This document shows, one piece after another, positions 58,055 to 64,000 of a stretch of 64,000 nucleotides of DNA (its first letter is position 1; each line of letters opens with the position of its first letter). A model generated the notes under the pieces. That model searched no databases, was not told the DNA's origin, and worked only from the letters and a program-made list of their open reading frames with translations. This stretch comes from Tubiluchus corallicola (Eukaryota > Animalia > Priapulida): assembly GCA_030141605.1 (NCBI GenBank), contig JAQGDQ010000014.1:248001-312000 (forward strand), read 5' to 3'. The translations under genes were made by a program, and so were the position numbers.

Positions 58055-58564
58055 GAGTCAACCTTGGAACATAAGGGACGCCTCCAGACCAAAAAAATCG
58101 TCTCTTATATCCGTTGCTGACTCAGACCGTCACTTGCTGCGATGGACTCATGGTAGTAAGTCACACCTTGCACTCTGACCTATTTCTTTCATCAATCATG
58201 ACCATTCACCGGCATTACCCTTGCCACCAACTAGTTACCCACATCATTACAGCCATAAGACCTGACCGTAGTCTAAGAGAATACAGTCGGGCCTGCGCGG
58301 GGTCTCGGCACAGGCTTTGTAGGATGTAAAAAACATTTGATCATAGGGTCTCTTATATGCGAGGTAATATATCTGGGTTTCTATTACGCAGGACCTTAAC
58401 ATATTGTGCCTTATAATCAAAAGTCCATTATATCCGAGTACGTTACATACGAAGATTTTTATAAGGAAAAACGTTACGAAAAATCGGGATCGGTGTTGGT
58501 GGTCCCTTATAAGCGAGTAGCAAATGTCCCTCATAAGCGAGTACCTTATACCCGAGGTTGACTG
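58055..58564. mobile_element. Tigger/pogo-like MITE with TA TSD
   Basis: TA|GAGTCAACCTTGG at the left and CCGAGGTTGACTG|TA at the right; repeated CTTATA subterminal motifs. Confidence 0.7.
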
Positions 58565-61500
58565 TATTTTAGATATGTAAATTAGCAGTGTTGTCTCACA
58601 GAACTTTGTGATACTTTTTAGAGATAAGTTGGTAAAATAGCACTTTTATTAGATAAAGGCTTTATAACCTATTTGTTCAGGTTAATCTTCTTGGCCTGAA
58701 GTAAATATTTTTTTGCAATTTTGCAAAATTTCAATAGTTTTCTTTGTTCATTATCTTTTTGTAATGTACACAGCTCATCGTATATTATTATGGAAAACTA
58801 AACTAAGCTAAACTGTAGTACTACTGAAAAAAATTGTCTACGGAGAAATGGATTTGCTCTCAAGATTTAAGTTATGATGTTCGAAGGTTTCTTCAAATTT
58901 TAGTGCAAGAAACAGCAAGATTATAAATGCATTTCGTAATCAATTCAAAACATGTACTGTGCAGAAAAGTACTTTCAATTCAATTTCATTTTATTGCACA
59001 AATACAATAGCGTATCATGGCAAAAAATTAAAATTACAAAAAAATTAAAGTACAAGAACAAATACAATTATGCAATGCTGCAAAACATGAGCTTTACAAT
59101 TTACTTAAATAACCTACTTAAATCTAAGAAATTACGTGCTCTTATGAGATAATATTTTATGCTACAACAACAATGAACTAGTAAAAACACAAAACCTAAA
59201 CAATTAAAATAATCACAAACGAGTTTAAATTATACAATCACAGCACAATGTTTATCCAGCACTCACAGATTACCACCAAGATATAACTTCCTTTTTATCA
59301 CATTCATTTAAGTAGTTTCCAAAGTGAATAAGGTCTTATGGATTTGTATTTAGAAAAAGCCACATTTTCATTAATTTCAGATTTTCGTTAGTAGACTGCA
59401 GACGTGTCATGTGAGATGTGATAATGGCAGTCAGTTTTCATTTGGGCTAAAATATCCCATTATAACGAATGCGGATAAATGGGATTATGGGCTAGTTTAG
59501 TAGATTACACACCGCATTTGTGTTAAATTGTTTACTAAAATACAGCATGGAAAACCATTAACAGCACTTGGTTTCAGTAATGCATCAAATTATACTTGAT
59601 AATAAGAGTAAACAAGATACACACCACTTGTTGTTAATCCTAACTCTTGCAATCTTTCTTTTAAGTCAACGACGCGCAATTTTTTCAGAGCAGTTTTACT
59701 CAACGATGAACCATCAGCCATTTTGCTCACACTTCTTGGTTGTTGCTAAATTGCTGTTTTTTCCATGTTCATTGTACCAGTCAGTTCAAACGAATTTATT
59801 TGTTCACATCACATCGTTTCAAATGCTAAAGATTCGGGAAGCAAGTAATTACAATAGTAGTGACTGTATAATTCCAGTTCAAATTATTGTATATGGAGGA
59901 AAAAAAAAATTCAAAATACAATCACACTTATCAACATTAGTGAAGCAAGGAATTAAGGCAATGACTTAATAATCACTTAAATAGTTCAAGTTCAAAATAA
60001 CACTTAATAGGGATTTATAATAGTAAGTAAGTAAATAATTTGTCTTACAAAATGAAAATCAGCAAAAGCAAAAAAAGATGAAAAAGGATGGGGTGACGAA
60101 AAGACCAACGGTCAACAAGTCAGCCACCCCTACCCAAATTTAAAGAAAATTAAGTGACCTGTCAAGCAGGTATGTACAAATGAATAATAATAATCAGTAA
60201 CTTGGCATAATTGGGACAAGTTCAAATGAGTTTAAATCTAGAAACAGTAAAACTTATCAAATAAAGTTTAATAAATATAGCAAATAAGATGAGACGAAAT
60301 TAATGAACAAAACAAAATTTGAATTTAAATCCAGAGACAAAATCCAGTTCAACAAAAAATAAATCTTGAAATAAATCAAGAAATTCAATCAAACAGAGGA
60401 AACAAAGAAATAAATATTGAATAATGTAAAATTTTATAACCACAATTGCATTAGCTTACAGTAACATAGCATTTAATAGAGGGGCATTGCAGTTATAAAA
60501 TTACTAAAAACCATCAACAAGCCATAACTAAAAACAATGGCAATAGTATCACTTTTCATTATTTGATAAAGTTATGTGTTTGATTAAAATCTATTTTGAA
60601 TATGTTGGGAAGTAACTGCTGCTGAAACTTTCTATTGCCAAAATTAGCAACACAAGAGTAAACATATATAAAAATTTAATGGCAGATATTCGGTTAATTT
60701 CGTTTTCTCATAACTAATTTACTCATGCTTTGGGCCACCGTGTACAAACCCAGGAAGCCTGGCAACCAAAGCTAGCATAGTGCCAACGGCAGCTACTGTT
60801 ACCTCTTTAAGCCTTTCCTTACACACAACCACACAACAAGTGGATTGTAACAACAGTGCCAAAAAGTAAGCCACTTCATTATTAATTTTAATAAAAACTA
60901 GTAACTATTAGATTTTGAACTCCTAGTGATCATTCAGATGATTTCTTAGCAGTATAATGCATTGCGTGTATCAAATCTTTCCATTTTCCGGTAGTGCGAA
61001 TAGGTAGTATTCCACCCACTACTATGTTGTCTCTAAATGTAAGAATCTTAAATCTCTGGCGTTTCACACTAAACTGCAGTCAATTTGCAAGAATGGCCAT
61101 GAAAACATGATGTAAATGAAACAATCAATGTGTTTTTGGATGTAATACAATTTATTTTTCGACGCCAAAGTGTAGGCGCAAATATCACAAAGTTGTAACT
61201 ATTTACAGATGCAATTCCTAATGTACTAAGCAACTCCTATAATTTACATTAATCTATAATTTACCTAAGATTAATACATAAATGTTAATCTTGCGAGCAA
61301 TTACATTATAACAGACAACTTCCGAATATTTACTTATTTTACAGAGGTGGAAGTTATGTACATGGACTACAATCATTATTTAGGGCATAATAAATTTGAT
61401 TTTGATGTTTAAATTCAAAAGACAGCCACTGATGGAGAAATGTAAAATAGATAATATAGCTTAGATGAATAATAGCCCACCACATAAATTACCACAAACC

Positions 61501-62743
61501 AATAAATGATCTGACTTTATGTTGAATTATCCAACTATTTTTACAGGAAATTATAATGAAAAAAAAGGATTATTCAGAAGTTATAAAAAATTATAATTAG
61601 CGAAGTTTTCAAAACTTCTCTAGGAAGAAACAAACAAAATTTCCACCAGCCCTAGTCATCTAGTCACACTTATTTTAACTGGAGATGAATTTCTATTTGA
61701 GAAAATGGATTACAAGATTGACACATTTGAAAAACTGGACACAATTACAAGTGAATATCATGCAATTTATACACGTGCACGACCTACACATTCGACTAGA
61801 TGTTATTCGACAATCCACCCACATCTATTAATGTCATATATGCATTTCATGTACAAGTATTCTCATTAAGAGGTTTATACACTTACGGAAATTAAATTTT
61901 ATGAGATAAATGCAAAAGGGCAAAATGAAACCACTGATATAACCTGTATGCTTATGCAAAAGCCGTATATTTTTAGTTCTTGGTTACTAAAACGGCAATT
62001 GATGTTCATTCACCATTACATTCAACAAAAATGTGGGGAAGCCTCGGGGGAGGGTGAATACAAACCAGTCAGCTGCTCCATCAGCCCAGTCCAAAAGTTT
62101 GACATACCTGCCGCAGAACAGGTGATAAATACAGTTTGAAAGATAGATGCTGAGTCGTATAGCAGCATAGCCTTACCTCACAACAATAACGTAGCCAAAT
62201 AGAACAACATCCTACAACACTACCTTAGCGCACTAGGGACACAAGACACTTATTATTTTAACGGGATAATAATGTCAGCACAGGGTGTTAGTCAACATTT
62301 TAGCAGCATTAGAAATATTTTTGCGTACGGAAAAGCCAATCTTGAAGAGGTTTGGTTAGAATGAGTTCGGTAAAAGGTGGGAATTAATTATAAAAATGTT
62401 GTGCCATAAGCGACTGCACCCCCATCTTTCCGCTGAACCAGCAAGAATGGATGCTCAAATATTAAGCAAGTGCCTCTGTTGTTTAGCTAGCAACTACATA
62501 TACTCCATTCCTGGCATGTTCATTGATCAGCAAATGCATGTTCGACTCCTAAATTAACCACTACGCAATTCAACATTTAATTCCTTGCTTCGATGTAGAG
62601 ACGATGTCCTTGCTTCATCGCGAAGCAACTGTGCGCTTGACCCTTCGATTAACATGAAAACATTGCTGTCGACTCGCTTATGAACACAAATGGGCACAAA
62701 TAAAACCTATTAATTAAAACAACAAGCTAAGGCAAAACATGCG

Positions 62744-62983
<240 letters not shown>

Positions 62984-63614
62984 TCAGCATTTGCACTTCA
63001 ATTTTGGGATTATTTGAAAATGTTGAAGTTGGAACACAAAAAACTAGTATATTCAGTTGAATACAAATACTTGTTAATAATTCAGATGCAGGAGAAGCTT
63101 GGTGATTTATCCTCGGTTTTCATTTATCATTTGTCCTTTACTCTTGCATCTTTTTGTTTCTTTAACAACTCGCACATGTAAAGAGCTGGGTCATGAATCT
63201 CACAGGGCACACTCACCAGTTAGGAAAATTTATACGTGACTGACTAGCTTTGGGTCAAAGGTCACACAGTAGAAAGGTCTTCCTCTTTTTCGTTACACTG
63301 TATCTCCTACAGTTTTTGGTATGTGACTAGGAGAGGTTAAGTTCTTGTGCATGGCTGAATAGGGGTCATTTGAGCAAGGTAAAATTTTTCCTAATTTTAG
63401 GAGAAAAGAAATTAATTTCAATACTGCTGATTTTTTAAACAATAACTTCTTGGCTTTTTTATGCTAAGTATGCCTGTTCATTGTTTTTGTCTTTTGCTTC
63501 TTGGACACAGTAAACATTCCAAAATATCCCCAAATTTTTGAAATTCCTGATAACAGTAACAATATTAATAACCATAACTTTCTTTAGACCTTATATGGCA
63601 CCATTTTGTACTTA

Positions 63615-63878
<264 letters not shown>

Positions 63879-64000
63879 TTATGTTTCTCAAGACTAATTC
63901 CGAGGGTCGGATTATGACCTTTTGAGGCCCTAGGCTAATGAAATTATGGGGCCCTCTCAAACGGAGCCAATATCTAATTTATTCGCACTAGTTTTAAGTT

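Noticed and set aside
58600-62740. Short ORFs in AT-rich sequence downstream of KAT5
   Set aside because: No recognisable domains or exon chain; probably KAT5 3' UTR and intergenic DNA.

Overview
Eukaryotic (invertebrate animal) genomic DNA in two parts. Positions 1 to ~30 kb are the edge of a complex satellite array. Its ~147-bp monomer (plus ~112-125-bp deletion variants) has a palindromic CCCACATGTGGG core and is organised into higher-order repeats (979, 495, 415 bp) and kb-scale duplications. A 5'-truncated LINE (RTE-X/CR1-like) is inserted at the array edge (27210-28620), and a 527-bp piece of its RT region has been re-amplified twice inside the array (15574-16100, 20051-20577). The array also holds a single 160-bp foreign insert. 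Positions ~30-64 kb are AT-rich gene-bearing sequence: an intronless class A GPCR (+), a multi-exon SF3B2/SAP145 gene (-) with a ~900-aa Q/E/R-rich N-terminal extension, and the last two exons of KAT5/Tip60 (-). Introns and intergenic DNA contain MITEs, a tRNA-derived SINE, a Harbinger/MADF relic, a ~290-bp foldback and a 101-bp TIR element carrying TTAGGG repeats. The many ORFs in the satellite are treated as spurious. All calls were made by eye; no searches were run.
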